Below, in pieces: positions 52,824 to 63,150 of a DNA stretch of 64,000 bases. Location: positions 26,595 through 90,594 of the forward strand of contig JAIESQ010000002.1 in NCBI GenBank assembly GCA_019745975.1, in the 5' to 3' direction. Both the position numbers and the translations under genes were made by a program. Below the pieces are notes generated by a model. That model was not told the DNA's origin, did not search any database, and worked only from the letters and a program-made list of their open reading frames with translations. The number at the start of each line of letters is the position of its first letter. The stretch's first letter is position 1. This DNA comes from Pirellulales bacterium. GTDB taxonomy: Bacteria > Planctomycetota > Planctomycetia > Pirellulales > JAEUIK01.

Positions 52824-55748
52824 ATGGCACGTGTCGCGCGCGCCGGCGCTGGCTTGGCGATTATCTGCACTTGGGCCGGCGCCGGTATCTGCCTGGCCGA
52901 TCCGCCGCGCGTGCTCGACGAGCGGCTCGTGATCGAGCGGATCGCCGCCGAGCCCGACATCGTCACGCCCACGGGGTTGGCCGTTGACGCCCGTGGCCGC
53001 GTGCTGGTGGTCGAAAGCCACACGCATTTTCGCCCGCCCGATTATGCCGGGCCCGCGGCCGATCGCATTCGCCTGATCGACGACGCCGATGGCGACGGGC
53101 GCCCGGAGCGGGTGCGCACCTTTTTCGAGGGCTCGCGCTTTACGATGAACATCGCCGTGGCGCGCGATGGCGCGATCTTCGTGGCGACGCGCAGTGAAAT
53201 CTTCCGCCTGCGCGACACCGACGGCGATGACGTGGCCGACGAAAACGTCTCGCTCGCTAAACTCGAAACCGCCGGCGACTATCCGCACAACGGGCTGTCG
53301 GGCTTTGCCTTCGATTTCGACGACAACGTCTATTTCGGTTTGGGCGAGAATCTGGGCGCCGACTATCGCCTTGTCGGCAGCGACGGCACTTCGCTCGCTG
53401 GCGGCGGCGAAGGCGGGAGCATTTACCGCTTCCGGCTAGATGGCAGCGGTTTGGTGCGGATCGCGACGGGCTTTTGGAATCCGTTTCACGTGGCCTGCGA
53501 TGCGTTCGATCGGCTCTACGCGGTCGATAACGACCCCGATTCGCGCCCCCCATGCCGGCTGCTGCACATCGTGCCCGACGGCGACTATGGCTACCGCTAT
53601 CGCAACGGTCGCAAGGGGGTGCACCCCTTCACGGCCTGGAATGGAGAACTGCCTGGCACGCTGCCCATGCTGGCTGGCACAGGCGAAGCGCCCTCGGGCA
53701 TTTTGGCTTACGAGCACGAGCTGCTGCCTGCCGAGTACTTCGGAACGCTCGTGGGAACGAGTTGGGGCGATCATCGCATCGAGCGGTTCGCGCTCGAGCG
53801 GCGGGGGGCATCGTTCCGCGCGACCGCCGTGCCTGTGGTCACCGGTGGCGAGGACTTTCGCCCCGTCGGCATCGCGCTGGCGCCCGACGGTTCGCTCTAT
53901 GTGAGCGATTGGGTCGACAAGTCGTACGACCTGCACGGCAAGGGGCGCGTGTGGCGTATCGGTCCGGCTGGCGCCGATCTCAAGCCGGGCGCGGCTCCAG
54001 CGTCGGCAGCCGTTGATGCCACGGTAGCCATCAACAGCCGGATCAAAACCGTGCGCGAAACAGCCGCGCGGCAACTGGCCGCTGGCGACGATGCCCAGCG
54101 TGGCAAGCTCATCGCGGCGCTACGCACTGCGCCCGATGCCCGAGTGCGGGCGACCGCCTATCAAGCGCTGCGCGTCGCCAATCGACTGATGGCCGACGAG
54201 GCGAGCGCCGTGTTGGTGGATCAATCTCCCGATCTGCGGGCGCTGGCCGTGCGCACGCTGCCGATCACGACGGTCGACCAGGCGAAGCTCCAGTCAATCG
54301 CCACGACCGACGAAGCAGCCGACGTGCGGGCCGCCGCCTTGGCGCGGCTGCAATATGTGGAAGCAGGCGAGGCTCTTCGCGCCGCCCTGGCCGACAGCGA
54401 TCCGTTCATTCGCGGCGCGGCCCTCGATGCGATCCGTCATACCGGCACGTTCGAGGATTGGCGTGCCCTGACACAGTCCGATCGTCCAAGCGATCGCATC
54501 GCCGGCGTGCTATTGGTACGCGCGGCCAAGCATCCGCGCCGCGCCGAAGTGCTGGCGCATCTGTGGAACGATGATGACGAGGCAATCCGTTTCGCCGCGG
54601 TGCAAGGGATTGGCGAGGCTCGGCTCACCGCGCTGCATCCGCTCTTGGTCGGCGTGCTGCTGCGGGCCGGCGGCTCGCGCGAATTGTTCGAGGGTTGCCT
54701 GGCGTCGCTCGAGCGCCTGGCAGGCGTCAAGCGCACTCCGCCCGACGAAATCGCCGGCGAGCAATACGTTTTGGCACTGCTGAACAAGGAAGACACGGCG
54801 CCGGCGCTGCGGATTCGCGCCCTGCGGATGCTGCGCCCCGATCATCCGGCCTTGCAGATCGAAAGGCTGAAAGAGCTGCAAGACGGCGCAAACGACGACC
54901 CGGCCCTCGCACTCGAAGTCGTCCGCACGTTTCGCGAGCGACCAGAACCCCAGCGGCTGCCACTGCTGTTGGCCATCGCCGCCGAGGAATCGCGGCCCGA
55001 GCGGTTGCGGGCCGAAGCCGCCATGGGGCTCGTGCCCGACGATCCAGCGTGCCGCGAGCTCTTGTGGAAACTGGCCGCGGGACCGAACATCGCTCTGCGC
55101 GACGAGGCGCTGCGCTCGCTCGTGGGCGCAACGCTGGGCGAGGCGGAACTGGCTGCGTTGGCGAAACTCGATTCGGCCGATCCGCATGTGGCGCGGCTGA
55201 TGGAGCGCGTGCGTGCTTCAGCGCCCGACCCAGCCGCGGCCGCGTCGAGCGCGAGCGAGGCGCCTGTCGACGTCGATGCCTGGCTCGCGCGCTTGCCAGA
55301 CGAGGGCGCGCCCGAAGTCGGCGAGCGGATTTTCTTTCATCCGCGCGGGGCCGGCTGCTGGAAATGCCACCAGGTTGAAGGACGCGGTCGCACGCTCGGG
55401 CCCGATCTGTCGCGGATCGGCGGCACGCTCGATCGCCGCCGGCTGCTCGAATCGCTCGTCGACCCCTCGCGCGAAGTTGCTCCGCTGTTCGTCCCCTGGA
55501 CGATCGAAACCGCCGACGGGCTGGTGCGCACCGGGCTGTTGGTGTCGGAAACGGTTCCGCGCGACGAACAGCACAGCGCCGTGCAGCAACAGTACGTCGC
55601 CGCGGATGGGTCGACCTTTCTGCTCAATGCCGAGGATGTCGCCCGCCGCGAACCCTCGCGACAGTCGATCATGCCGCGGGATGTCGTGCACGGGCTTTCG
55701 GATCGCGAGCTGGCCGATCTGTTGGCCTATCTGTCGAGCCAGCGCTGA
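52824..55748 (+). CDS. large secreted beta-propeller / HEAT-repeat protein with C-terminal c-type heme site (PVC-type)
   Basis: Signal peptide. The N-terminal propeller-like region has DNDPD and DWVD blocks. Central HEAT-like repeats (...VRA.A..AL). C-terminal FFHPRGAGCWKCHQVEGRG (CxxCH). Confidence 0.8.
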   Translation: MARVARAGAGLAIICTWAGAGICLADPPRVLDERLVIERIAAEPDIVTPTGLAVDARGRVLVVESHTHFRPPDYAGPAADRIRLIDDADGDGRPERVRTFFEGSRFTMNIAVARDGAIFVATRSEIFRLRDTDGDDVADENVSLAKLETAGDYPHNGLSGFAFDFDDNVYFGLGENLGADYRLVGSDGTSLAGGGEGGSIYRFRLDGSGLVRIATGFWNPFHVACDAFDRLYAVDNDPDSRPPCRLLHIVPDGDYGYRYRNGRKGVHPFTAWNGELPGTLPMLAGTGEAPSGILAYEHELLPAEYFGTLVGTSWGDHRIERFALERRGASFRATAVPVVTGGEDFRPVGIALAPDGSLYVSDWVDKSYDLHGKGRVWRIGPAGADLKPGAAPASAAVDATVAINSRIKTVRETAARQLAAGDDAQRGKLIAALRTAPDARVRATAYQALRVANRLMADEASAVLVDQSPDLRALAVRTLPITTVDQAKLQSIATTDEAADVRAAALARLQYVEAGEALRAALADSDPFIRGAALDAIRHTGTFEDWRALTQSDRPSDRIAGVLLVRAAKHPRRAEVLAHLWNDDDEAIRFAAVQGIGEARLTALHPLLVGVLLRAGGSRELFEGCLASLERLAGVKRTPPDEIAGEQYVLALLNKEDTAPALRIRALRMLRPDHPALQIERLKELQDGANDDPALALEVVRTFRERPEPQRLPLLLAIAAEESRPERLRAEAAMGLVPDDPACRELLWKLAAGPNIALRDEALRSLVGATLGEAELAALAKLDSADPHVARLMERVRASAPDPAAAASSASEAPVDVDAWLARLPDEGAPEVGERIFFHPRGAGCWKCHQVEGRGRTLGPDLSRIGGTLDRRRLLESLVDPSREVAPLFVPWTIETADGLVRTGLLVSETVPRDEQHSAVQQQYVAADGSTFLLNAEDVARREPSRQSIMPRDVVHGLSDRELADLLAYLSSQR

Positions 55749-55791
55749 GCGGTTGCGGGCAGCCCACGTCGACGCCGAATAGCGCCATGTC

Positions 55792-55844
55792 TGTAGCCGG
55801 GGTCACTGACCCCGGAATCACCGGCCTCAATGAGGCCGGCTACA
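55792..55844. repeat. Y-shaped palindrome between convergent genes
   Basis: The ends are TGTAGCC...GGCTACA. Inner hairpins are CCGGGGTC-ACT-GACCCCGG (55797..55815) and CCGGCCTC-AAT-GAGGCCGG (55821..55839). Confidence 0.8.
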
Positions 55845-55860
55845 ATTAATCAACAGGGTG

Positions 55861-57483
55861 CTACGGCGCCGCGTCGCGCACGCGCAGATAGCGCCCGCCC
55901 GCCTCGAGAATGCCGGCGTGCAACTCGCCGCGTCGCGTCGCATCGGGCCAGCCCCAGGCCGAGACCACGTCGCCAATTCTGATCTCCAGATCGGTGCGAC
56001 GGACGGGCTCCGCGTCGAACGTTACCCACGACGGACCTGACGACGTCAGCAATTTAAGAGTCCAACGATCGGGGGGCGGGGCATCGGCCGGAACGGCACA
56101 CGGCTCGATCGCCATGACTCGCCCTAGCGCATGGCCATACATACCGCGCGAGGCGAAACTGGTCGCCACATGGGTGCAGGCGGGTTGTCCGCAAAACGGC
56201 ACGCCATAGCGGGCGGCGAGTCGTCGCGCCAGCGCCATGTCGAGCGCGGCCGCCCATTGGTCGGCGTCGAGGCGCGGTGGCGCTTCGGGCGAGGTGGCAT
56301 CCGCCGGCGTGGTGCCGATCATCGCGCGCAGGTTGTCGCCGGCCGCGTCGGAAGTCATTAACGACGCCGGCACAGCCGTCAGCGATTTCGCGTCGTCCGC
56401 CGCGCCGAGCGCCGCGTAGGCGACGCACCAACCGGCATGGTCGATCGCCAGATCAACCACGCGGCCCAGCGCTTGGCCGTCGACGGTCGCGACCGCGCCC
56501 AACTCACTCAAGAGCTTCAGCGAGGCCACCGGCGGCGCCGCGCCCCAGGCCGGGGCGCCGTCATCGGCGCGCAGCCGTAGCGTGCGCCCATCGTATTTCA
56601 CCTCGACTGCCAGCACGAGTCGCTCTGGCATGATGAGCGCTTCGGCGCCGCGAACTTCGATCGCTTTTCCGGGTTCAAACTGGATGCCCTGGTTGACGAC
56701 GTACCAGACCGGCCCCAAGTCGACCCCCCACACCAGCCCGTCGACTTCGACATACAGTCGCACGCTGGGGGAGGAGACGCAAACCGGCCAGGCCGCCGTC
56801 ACACCCAATATTGTGCCGCGCAAATCAAGGTTGCGTTCGGGCGTGAAGAGCGCGTTGTAGTCGCTCCCTGGTCCCCAACCCCACCAGCGATCGACACACG
56901 GACGCTGCCAGGCGTGGCCGAAGTGCTTGTACACGTCGTCGAGCCAGACAAGCCGATCCGCAAGTGGCGCGCCCGCCGCATCAACCGGCGGCCACGTCGG
57001 CGCGTCGCGCCACGGTTCGCTCGCGCTGGGAATCGTCACTTGCAACTTGGCCGGGCGACTGGCGCTCGCCGGGTGGTAGTTGACGAGCGCGGCGGGCACG
57101 ACTTTCGATTTGGTCGCGCTAGCCTCGTCGGGGTTGTCATCATCGGCTTCGCCCGGTCGCACAAGAATAGCAGCCACGCGGCTCGACTCGACTTCGACGA
57201 GCAGGTCGTCGAGCTTGCCGAGCGGCGCTCCCACCAGGTCGACGACCGGCGTGCCACGAAGCGTGCTCCCCCGCAGCAATGCCGCAATTTGCACCGGGCG
57301 AGCCTGGCCGGCAGGGTTCGCTGGTACGGCATTCTGAGCAAGGCAATCCCTGCCCTCGCTGGCGACGGCTAGAAGCACGATCGCCAACAAACAGGACGAG
57401 CAAGCGATGCGTCCGGACAATACCTGGCGAGCCCAACCCAGAATCAAGTAAGCATGCATGCGTGATTTTACTCGTCTGATCAT
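55861..57483 (-). CDS. secreted protein with PRC-barrel-like segments
   Basis: Signal-anchor N-terminus. Segments such as VVDLVGAPLGKLDDLLVEVESSRVAAILV and VDGQALGRVVDLAIDHAGWCVAYAALG resemble PRC-barrel strands. Confidence 0.55.
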   Translation of the reverse strand: MIRRVKSRMHAYLILGWARQVLSGRIACSSCLLAIVLLAVASEGRDCLAQNAVPANPAGQARPVQIAALLRGSTLRGTPVVDLVGAPLGKLDDLLVEVESSRVAAILVRPGEADDDNPDEASATKSKVVPAALVNYHPASASRPAKLQVTIPSASEPWRDAPTWPPVDAAGAPLADRLVWLDDVYKHFGHAWQRPCVDRWWGWGPGSDYNALFTPERNLDLRGTILGVTAAWPVCVSSPSVRLYVEVDGLVWGVDLGPVWYVVNQGIQFEPGKAIEVRGAEALIMPERLVLAVEVKYDGRTLRLRADDGAPAWGAAPPVASLKLLSELGAVATVDGQALGRVVDLAIDHAGWCVAYAALGAADDAKSLTAVPASLMTSDAAGDNLRAMIGTTPADATSPEAPPRLDADQWAAALDMALARRLAARYGVPFCGQPACTHVATSFASRGMYGHALGRVMAIEPCAVPADAPPPDRWTLKLLTSSGPSWVTFDAEPVRRTDLEIRIGDVVSAWGWPDATRRGELHAGILEAGGRYLRVRDAAP

Positions 57484-57590
57484 TCGCTAACTTCCGCGCG
57501 CGCGAACAGAGAAGCCCCGTTCCATCATGATTCGCGCACCTCGTGGGTGTAAGTACCGCTGCGTTTAGTGGGCGCCGCGCGGCGACGAAG

Positions 57591-58829
57591 TTAGCCGCTT
57601 TTCAACACCCTGGCCAGGGTGGCCACGAGCAGATCGATCTGGTCGGAGCGGTTGTAGAGGTGGCACGACACGCGCAAGAGCGTCCGCCCGCCCCAGACGT
57701 TGAGCGGCACTTCGATACCCGCCTGCTCCCACAACGCATCCTGCCAGGCGCGAGCGCGCCGCGTCGCTTGCTCGGTCGGTGGGGCCGAGGGGCCAGGCTC
57801 GGGCAAGATAACCGCCACCATCGAGCCATACCAGTCCGGTGAGTCCGGTGTGAGCGGTTCGGCGCCGAGCCGGTCGATCATTCGCTCCCGGGCGTAGCGG
57901 GCCAGCTCGTGCGTCTCGCGGCGGAATCGCTCCAAGCCCACCGCTTCGATCAAGTCGATCGCCGCGGGGACGCTCAGCCAGGCCGAGGGATCGCGCGTGC
58001 CGGGCCAATGGAACTCGCCTTGCCAGTTCACCGCTTTGTCGGCGGGCATGGTGCCCCAGCTTGTCACCGCTGGCCGCACGCGCGACTGCACGCGCGGATT
58101 GACGTAGAGAAACCCGGAGCCGATTGGCGCGCTGAGCCACTTATGGCAACTGGCGGTATAAAAATCGACATCGAGTTGATCGATCGCCAAAGGCACAGGG
58201 ACCAATGCGTGCGGGCCGTCGACGACAGTCCACAGCGGGCTGTCGCCATTGGCTCGATTCCGGCGGCGCGCCTCATCGACAATCGTCGTCAGCGGAAAGA
58301 CAACCGCGGTGGCCGACGTCACGTGACTCACCACCAGCACGCGCGTGCGCGGGCCAAGCGGCGCCAGAATCGCCGCGACGACCTCATCGACTGACTCGAT
58401 CGGCGCGCGAATCCGCGGCGTGTGAACGATCGCGCCTTGGCGCTCGGCGGTTTGCCGCCACAGCCGGGCCACGGCGCCGTATTCATGATCACCGACGATG
58501 ACTTCGTCGCCGGGCTCCAGCGGCAAGCTGACCGCCGCGGCATTCATGCCGGTCGTGGCGTTGTCGACGAAGACCAGGTTCGCGGGCGACGTGCCGACGA
58601 ACTGAGCCAGTCGGGCGAGCGCGTCGTCCAGATACGGCTGATAACGCCGACACAAGAAATCGACCGGATCGCTCGCGAGCTCCGCGCGCAGCTTCGCTTG
58701 CGATGCCAGCACGCCCTTGGGCGTCAAGCCAAACGAACCGTGATTCAAGTAAGTGACGTCGGATCGCAAATCCCACAGTTCGGCCAACTGGGATGGCAAC
58801 GTCGATTTGCACGACGAACCGGATTGCAT
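57591..58829 (-). CDS. class V aminotransferase (cysteine desulfurase / isopenicillin-N epimerase-like)
   Basis: TYLNHGSFG near the N-terminus. SCHKWL provides the PLP-Lys context. Confidence 0.85.
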   Translation of the reverse strand: MQSGSSCKSTLPSQLAELWDLRSDVTYLNHGSFGLTPKGVLASQAKLRAELASDPVDFLCRRYQPYLDDALARLAQFVGTSPANLVFVDNATTGMNAAAVSLPLEPGDEVIVGDHEYGAVARLWRQTAERQGAIVHTPRIRAPIESVDEVVAAILAPLGPRTRVLVVSHVTSATAVVFPLTTIVDEARRRNRANGDSPLWTVVDGPHALVPVPLAIDQLDVDFYTASCHKWLSAPIGSGFLYVNPRVQSRVRPAVTSWGTMPADKAVNWQGEFHWPGTRDPSAWLSVPAAIDLIEAVGLERFRRETHELARYARERMIDRLGAEPLTPDSPDWYGSMVAVILPEPGPSAPPTEQATRRARAWQDALWEQAGIEVPLNVWGGRTLLRVSCHLYNRSDQIDLLVATLARVLKSG

Positions 58830-59227
58830 GGGGTGCGCACCTGATTAACTAGCCGGCAACTTCGGGTCTGAAAAACGAAAGTGTCCCTTGTGGCGACTGC
58901 TTGGCAAAGCTGGTGAGGTCGCCAATTTCCTGATTGCCATTTACGGTTCTGCGGGCGTTTTCGCACGTCAAGTCGTCGTTTGCTCCCGGCGTTTCGGGCG
59001 AAAAGTCCCCCTTCCCCCGGTTGCAGGGCTAAGCTACCATTCCGTTGAGAGGAAACCGAGAGTGTCGGGCGGCTTCCCGCCTTGGACAGCGCTGCTGTCC
59101 CTGCCGTCGGCGCTCTTGCGATGGGTCGCTCCCCGCGGCCCGAGGGTGCTTCGATCCCGTTGCGGTCCAGCCAACCGCGCATCGTCTCCAAACCAGAGCA
59201 GCGCGCGTGCGATTGCGCGCGTCAGGT

Positions 59228-59452
59228 ATGTCACACCAAGCGCTTCGCACCGAGCAGCCAGAATCGCTTGTCGCCACGGCCCAGTGCCAGCGCGGCTGGC
59301 GAGTCGAGCGGCGCGCCGACGGCGCCATTCTGGTGCGCGTCCCGTCGTGGGATCGCGCGGGGCGACCGCTGCCCGATGCGGTCTTCTCGTTTCGCAGCGG
59401 CGATCCGCAATTTCTCCGCTGGGACGAATTCTTACGGCAACGCAGCGAGTAG
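59228..59452 (+). CDS. hypothetical small protein (74 aa)
   Basis: The ATG-initiated ORF has high third-position GC (MSHQALRTEQPESLVATAQCQRGWRVERRADGAILVRVPSWDRAGRPLPDAVFSFRSGDPQFLRWDEFLRQRSE). It lies in an otherwise empty 0.8-kb divergent spacer. Confidence 0.3.
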   Translation: MSHQALRTEQPESLVATAQCQRGWRVERRADGAILVRVPSWDRAGRPLPDAVFSFRSGDPQFLRWDEFLRQRSE

Positions 59453-59653
59453 TGGCTCGCGGCTTTCCTGCGCACGGGCTCGTCATGGCCGCTGCGCGCC
59501 GCTATTGACCTCGGCAGCGCGAGGTACGCGGGCGACCGACGGAAGCCCGCCGCTTGACAGGAAAAACGTAAGCGGCGGTGTTCATGTAACTGGCAACTAA
59601 CAATAGAATTCGCCAGTTGACTCTCTTTAACGCCTTCGTAGGCTTCAGGCGAT

Positions 59654-60661
59654 TTGGATCCGCCCGTTCCACCCGCCGTCCGCAGTAACGAGGCGTTGGC
59701 CGGCGGCGCTTCGTCGAGCCCGGGCCCCTCAAACCGCGCGGCCAACAGCCTGCCGGCCGCCAGCGCCACCCCGCTGCCCTATATCTGGATGCTCTGCGGA
59801 GCGACATCGTTTGCCGCCATGGGGGGCTTTGCGCACGCCTTGGGTGGCGACGTCGACTGGCGAATCGTCTCATTGGTGCGTACGGCCTTGGCGGTCATCT
59901 TCTCGGTCGGGGCCGCCTGGTACGCCGGCGCGCAATTGACCGTTTGGGGATCGCGCTCGCTGTGGCTGCGCAGCCTGGCGGGAAGCGGCAGCATGCTCTG
60001 CAATTTCTATGCGCTCACGCACCTGCCTGTTTCGAGCTCGCTGACGTTGACGAACACCTTCCCAATCTGGATCGCGGTGTTGTCTTGGCCGATGCTGGGA
60101 GTTCCGCCGCGACGCGATGCCTGGATTGCCATCGCCGTGGGCTTGTCGGGAGTGTTGCTGCTGCAATACAGCGTGCAAGAAGCGGAGCCGCAGCCGCAGG
60201 CACGCTCCGATTTGCTGGCGATTTGGGCCGCGCTGGGAGGCGGGTTCTTCACGGCCCTGGCCATGATCGGGCTGCACCGCTTGAGAGATGTCCGCCCCGA
60301 AACGGTCGTGTCGCACTTCTCGGGCGTGGCGCTACTGGTCTGCGGCGTGGCCGTCGCCATCGGTCGGCTCGACCCCGCGACCCAATCGCTCGTCGCGCCG
60401 CGGCTGCTGGCATTGTTCTTAGGCCTGGGGGTCTCGGGGACGATTGGGCAATTTCTGCTGACGAAGGCCTTCGGCGCTGGACCGCCGGCTAAGGTCTCGG
60501 TGGTGGCGCTATCGCAGGTTGGCCTCGGCGTCCTCCTGGACGTTGTCGTCTGGCAGCGTGAATTCACCGCGCTGGCCCTGGCCGGAATGCTGCTTGTGGT
60601 AGCGCCCACCGCCTGGTTGATCGTTCGCCGCGATGTGCGCGCGGCCTTGAATCGCCAATGA
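59654..60661 (+). CDS. DMT superfamily (EamA) transporter
   Basis: Ten TM helices in two EamA-like halves. The start is uncertain (TTG 59654, or ATG 59789 which would clip TM1). Confidence 0.8.
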   Translation: MDPPVPPAVRSNEALAGGASSSPGPSNRAANSLPAASATPLPYIWMLCGATSFAAMGGFAHALGGDVDWRIVSLVRTALAVIFSVGAAWYAGAQLTVWGSRSLWLRSLAGSGSMLCNFYALTHLPVSSSLTLTNTFPIWIAVLSWPMLGVPPRRDAWIAIAVGLSGVLLLQYSVQEAEPQPQARSDLLAIWAALGGGFFTALAMIGLHRLRDVRPETVVSHFSGVALLVCGVAVAIGRLDPATQSLVAPRLLALFLGLGVSGTIGQFLLTKAFGAGPPAKVSVVALSQVGLGVLLDVVVWQREFTALALAGMLLVVAPTAWLIVRRDVRAALNRQ

Positions 60662-60667
60662 GGCCCG

Positions 60668-62917
60668 TCAGCTGGCGACCACCGCGGTCGATCGTTGCGG
60701 CTGCCGGCTCTCGGCCAGGCTGGTATCGAGCGACAGCGTTAAGGCGACGTCCCAGCGGCCGCTCTCGTCGGCGGTGATGTACCAGTGTGGCAAGACGACC
60801 ACCGACTGATGCACGAGCTCGAAGCCCCCTTCGCTCTGGCTGACCGTCTCGATCGGAAACGTCCAGAAATTGGTCGCCCGCGAGGCATGTAGCCCAACGC
60901 GGATGCCCAGCCACTCGTCGGCCAGGCCCAAGTCGGCCACGTCCTTCAGATCGAGCCGGCTCCCCAGTTGACCAAGTTGCTTGTTCCCGGCGTCGAAGAA
61001 GTAGCGATCGTCGGCGCCCGAGGGCAAGCCGGCGAAATTGAACTCGACCGCGAAGTGAACCAACTGGCCAGGAGGAAGGCCTTCGATGGCGTAGACAATC
61101 TCGAGCGCCGAGCTGCCGGCTTCGACTGTAATACTCTTGGCGACGCGCAGCGGCTGCCCGCCGGCGACTCCATCGCGCTGCAAATGCACTTGCACGACGG
61201 CTGGGCTGCGGCGGACGCGGGCTTCGAAAACACCTTCGAGAAAGTCACCCTGTTCGGCCGCCTGCCCGAGGGCGACTTGTTCGAGCGTGGCCCCCGGATC
61301 GTAGAAGTGATCGAGCAAACTCTTCCGCGGGTAGGCGTCGTATTGCAGACGCTGGTCAAGCCCGGCCTGCTTGAAGATAACGCGATCGTGAATGCTGGCG
61401 ACGTCGCTGCCAGCCTGCTGGCCGGCGAGCACTTTGCGGTGATATGCCTCGGGGCGGCGCGTCAGCGTGGCCAGCAGGTTGAGCCCGATCGCGCGGACGT
61501 CCAGCTCGTAAAGTTGACCGCCGCGCGAGGGAGCGACGAGCGCCAACAGCTTGTCGCTGGCCAATTGCACTTCTTGCCGCGCGTCGAGATTGAAATCACC
61601 GGCCTGGGCTTCGACCCAGTTGCCAGTGCGACCCGTGGCCAGATTGAGCAGCGTGTCGGCGGCGATCAAGCGCTGGTAGACCGCGTTTCGCAAGTGGGGC
61701 AGGTAGATGCCCCCGAACGCGCCGTGCCAGTACGCGCAGTTGCATTGACCGCGATACAGCTCCGCCCGCGCCCGCTCCAGGAGATCAGCAGCGCTACCGC
61801 CAACGAGGGTCGGGCTGACGTGCGGCGCGGGAATGTACGACGGCGCGCCGTTGCTCGAGGGGGCCAGCCCGCGTCGTTCCGCCGCGGCAGCCAGCCGCCG
61901 GCTGATGGCCAACATCCGCGCGTACATTTCGTCCGACTCGGGATACTTCACCTTGAAGTTGCGCCAGAAGCCGCCGCGGACGAAGCGCTTCAAGACCGGC
62001 CAGCGCGGGTCGTGCTCCATCTCGTGGCTGACGCGGTCGTAGTCGACGATCTGTTCGGCCGGCAGCGCCCACTCGGTCATTTCGCGATAGCTGGAGTCGG
62101 GCAGATACACTTTGCCGGCGGGCGAGACGTTGTCGACGGCGTCGGCCAGCGTACACAGCGTCAGCCACGATTGGTTGGCCACCAGGGCGTCGAGAAAGCG
62201 CCGCAGCCAGCCGTTGGTGTAAACGTGCTCGTGCGTCCCCGGCCAGGTGCCGAATTTCTCGCCATCGTCGCCGAAGACCACCACGCTCCCGGGATGCAGG
62301 TGCGCCATGTGGGCCAAGTGGTCGATTGTCTGCTGCGGGTCGGCAAACGGAATCGTATAGCGCAGCCGTTCGCTGCCGGGGAACACCTTCAACAGATGCC
62401 CATCGTCCTCGGTGATGTAGTAGTTGAAGAGCTGGTCGTCGGTCAGCCCGGCGTTCTTGAAATGGAAGTCGTCGAGGATCACGTATTCGATGCCGGCGAT
62501 CGCCAGGTCGCTGGCCAGAGACTGTTCCCAAACGCGCTCGGGCACCCAGGCCCCGCGAACCTTCGCGCCCAGCCGACGTTCGATCCATTGCGTGTGCGCG
62601 CGGACCTGCCCGATGCGGTCGCGACTGGGGAGCATCGGCAGGATCGCCTCCTGCCAGGGGCCGCCAATCAACTCGACGCGGCCGGCAGCGACGAGCCGGG
62701 CCACGCGGTCGAGATACTCGGGGTGGTGCGCGGCGAGCCACTCCGTCAAACAGCCGCTGTTGTGCAGCGCGATGCGAATGCTGGGATAGTCGTCCAGCAC
62801 GTCGAGAAACGGCTGATAGCTCTCGCGAAACGCTTGCTCGAAGACGCCATCGAAATTACCGACCGGCTGATGATTGTGCAGCGCCAGAACCAAGCGAAGC
62901 GGGGGTGCCATGCCCAA
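60668..62917 (-). CDS. glycoside hydrolase family 57 alpha-glucan enzyme (amylase / 4-alpha-glucanotransferase type)
   Basis: LVLALHNHQPVGNF, GRVELIGGPW and WVPERVW blocks of GH57. Long C-terminal extension. Confidence 0.85.
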   Translation of the reverse strand: MGMAPPLRLVLALHNHQPVGNFDGVFEQAFRESYQPFLDVLDDYPSIRIALHNSGCLTEWLAAHHPEYLDRVARLVAAGRVELIGGPWQEAILPMLPSRDRIGQVRAHTQWIERRLGAKVRGAWVPERVWEQSLASDLAIAGIEYVILDDFHFKNAGLTDDQLFNYYITEDDGHLLKVFPGSERLRYTIPFADPQQTIDHLAHMAHLHPGSVVVFGDDGEKFGTWPGTHEHVYTNGWLRRFLDALVANQSWLTLCTLADAVDNVSPAGKVYLPDSSYREMTEWALPAEQIVDYDRVSHEMEHDPRWPVLKRFVRGGFWRNFKVKYPESDEMYARMLAISRRLAAAAERRGLAPSSNGAPSYIPAPHVSPTLVGGSAADLLERARAELYRGQCNCAYWHGAFGGIYLPHLRNAVYQRLIAADTLLNLATGRTGNWVEAQAGDFNLDARQEVQLASDKLLALVAPSRGGQLYELDVRAIGLNLLATLTRRPEAYHRKVLAGQQAGSDVASIHDRVIFKQAGLDQRLQYDAYPRKSLLDHFYDPGATLEQVALGQAAEQGDFLEGVFEARVRRSPAVVQVHLQRDGVAGGQPLRVAKSITVEAGSSALEIVYAIEGLPPGQLVHFAVEFNFAGLPSGADDRYFFDAGNKQLGQLGSRLDLKDVADLGLADEWLGIRVGLHASRATNFWTFPIETVSQSEGGFELVHQSVVVLPHWYITADESGRWDVALTLSLDTSLAESRQPQRSTAVVAS

Positions 62918-63150
62918 TTGTACCTATCCGTTCAGTTCCGCGGTCGCACGATCAGCGCGGCGACGGTGGTGGGACTTGCCGGTCGCAGGTCGAGCGCCGG
63001 TTGCCAGGCGAGCGCGTGGGTGGAGAGTCGTCGCGGGCGCGTTCCGCGCAGCGACTGCACTCACGCGGGACCCTAAGTCGTTCCGATCGTTCTCGGCGTG
63101 GATCATTTGCACTTGGTCAGTGGCATCCATCACGCGACCAACGCACCCGA

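Noticed and set aside
57486-57595. 9-bp inverted pair GCTAACTTC...GAAGTTAGC bracketing the spacer between the PRC-barrel-like start and the aminotransferase stop
   Set aside because: The arms are short and about 90 nt apart, and one arm overlaps a stop codon. This is likely coincidental.
60968-63076. 702-codon plus-strand ORF
   Set aside because: It is antisense to the GH57 gene, which has clear family motifs. The composition is shadow-like.
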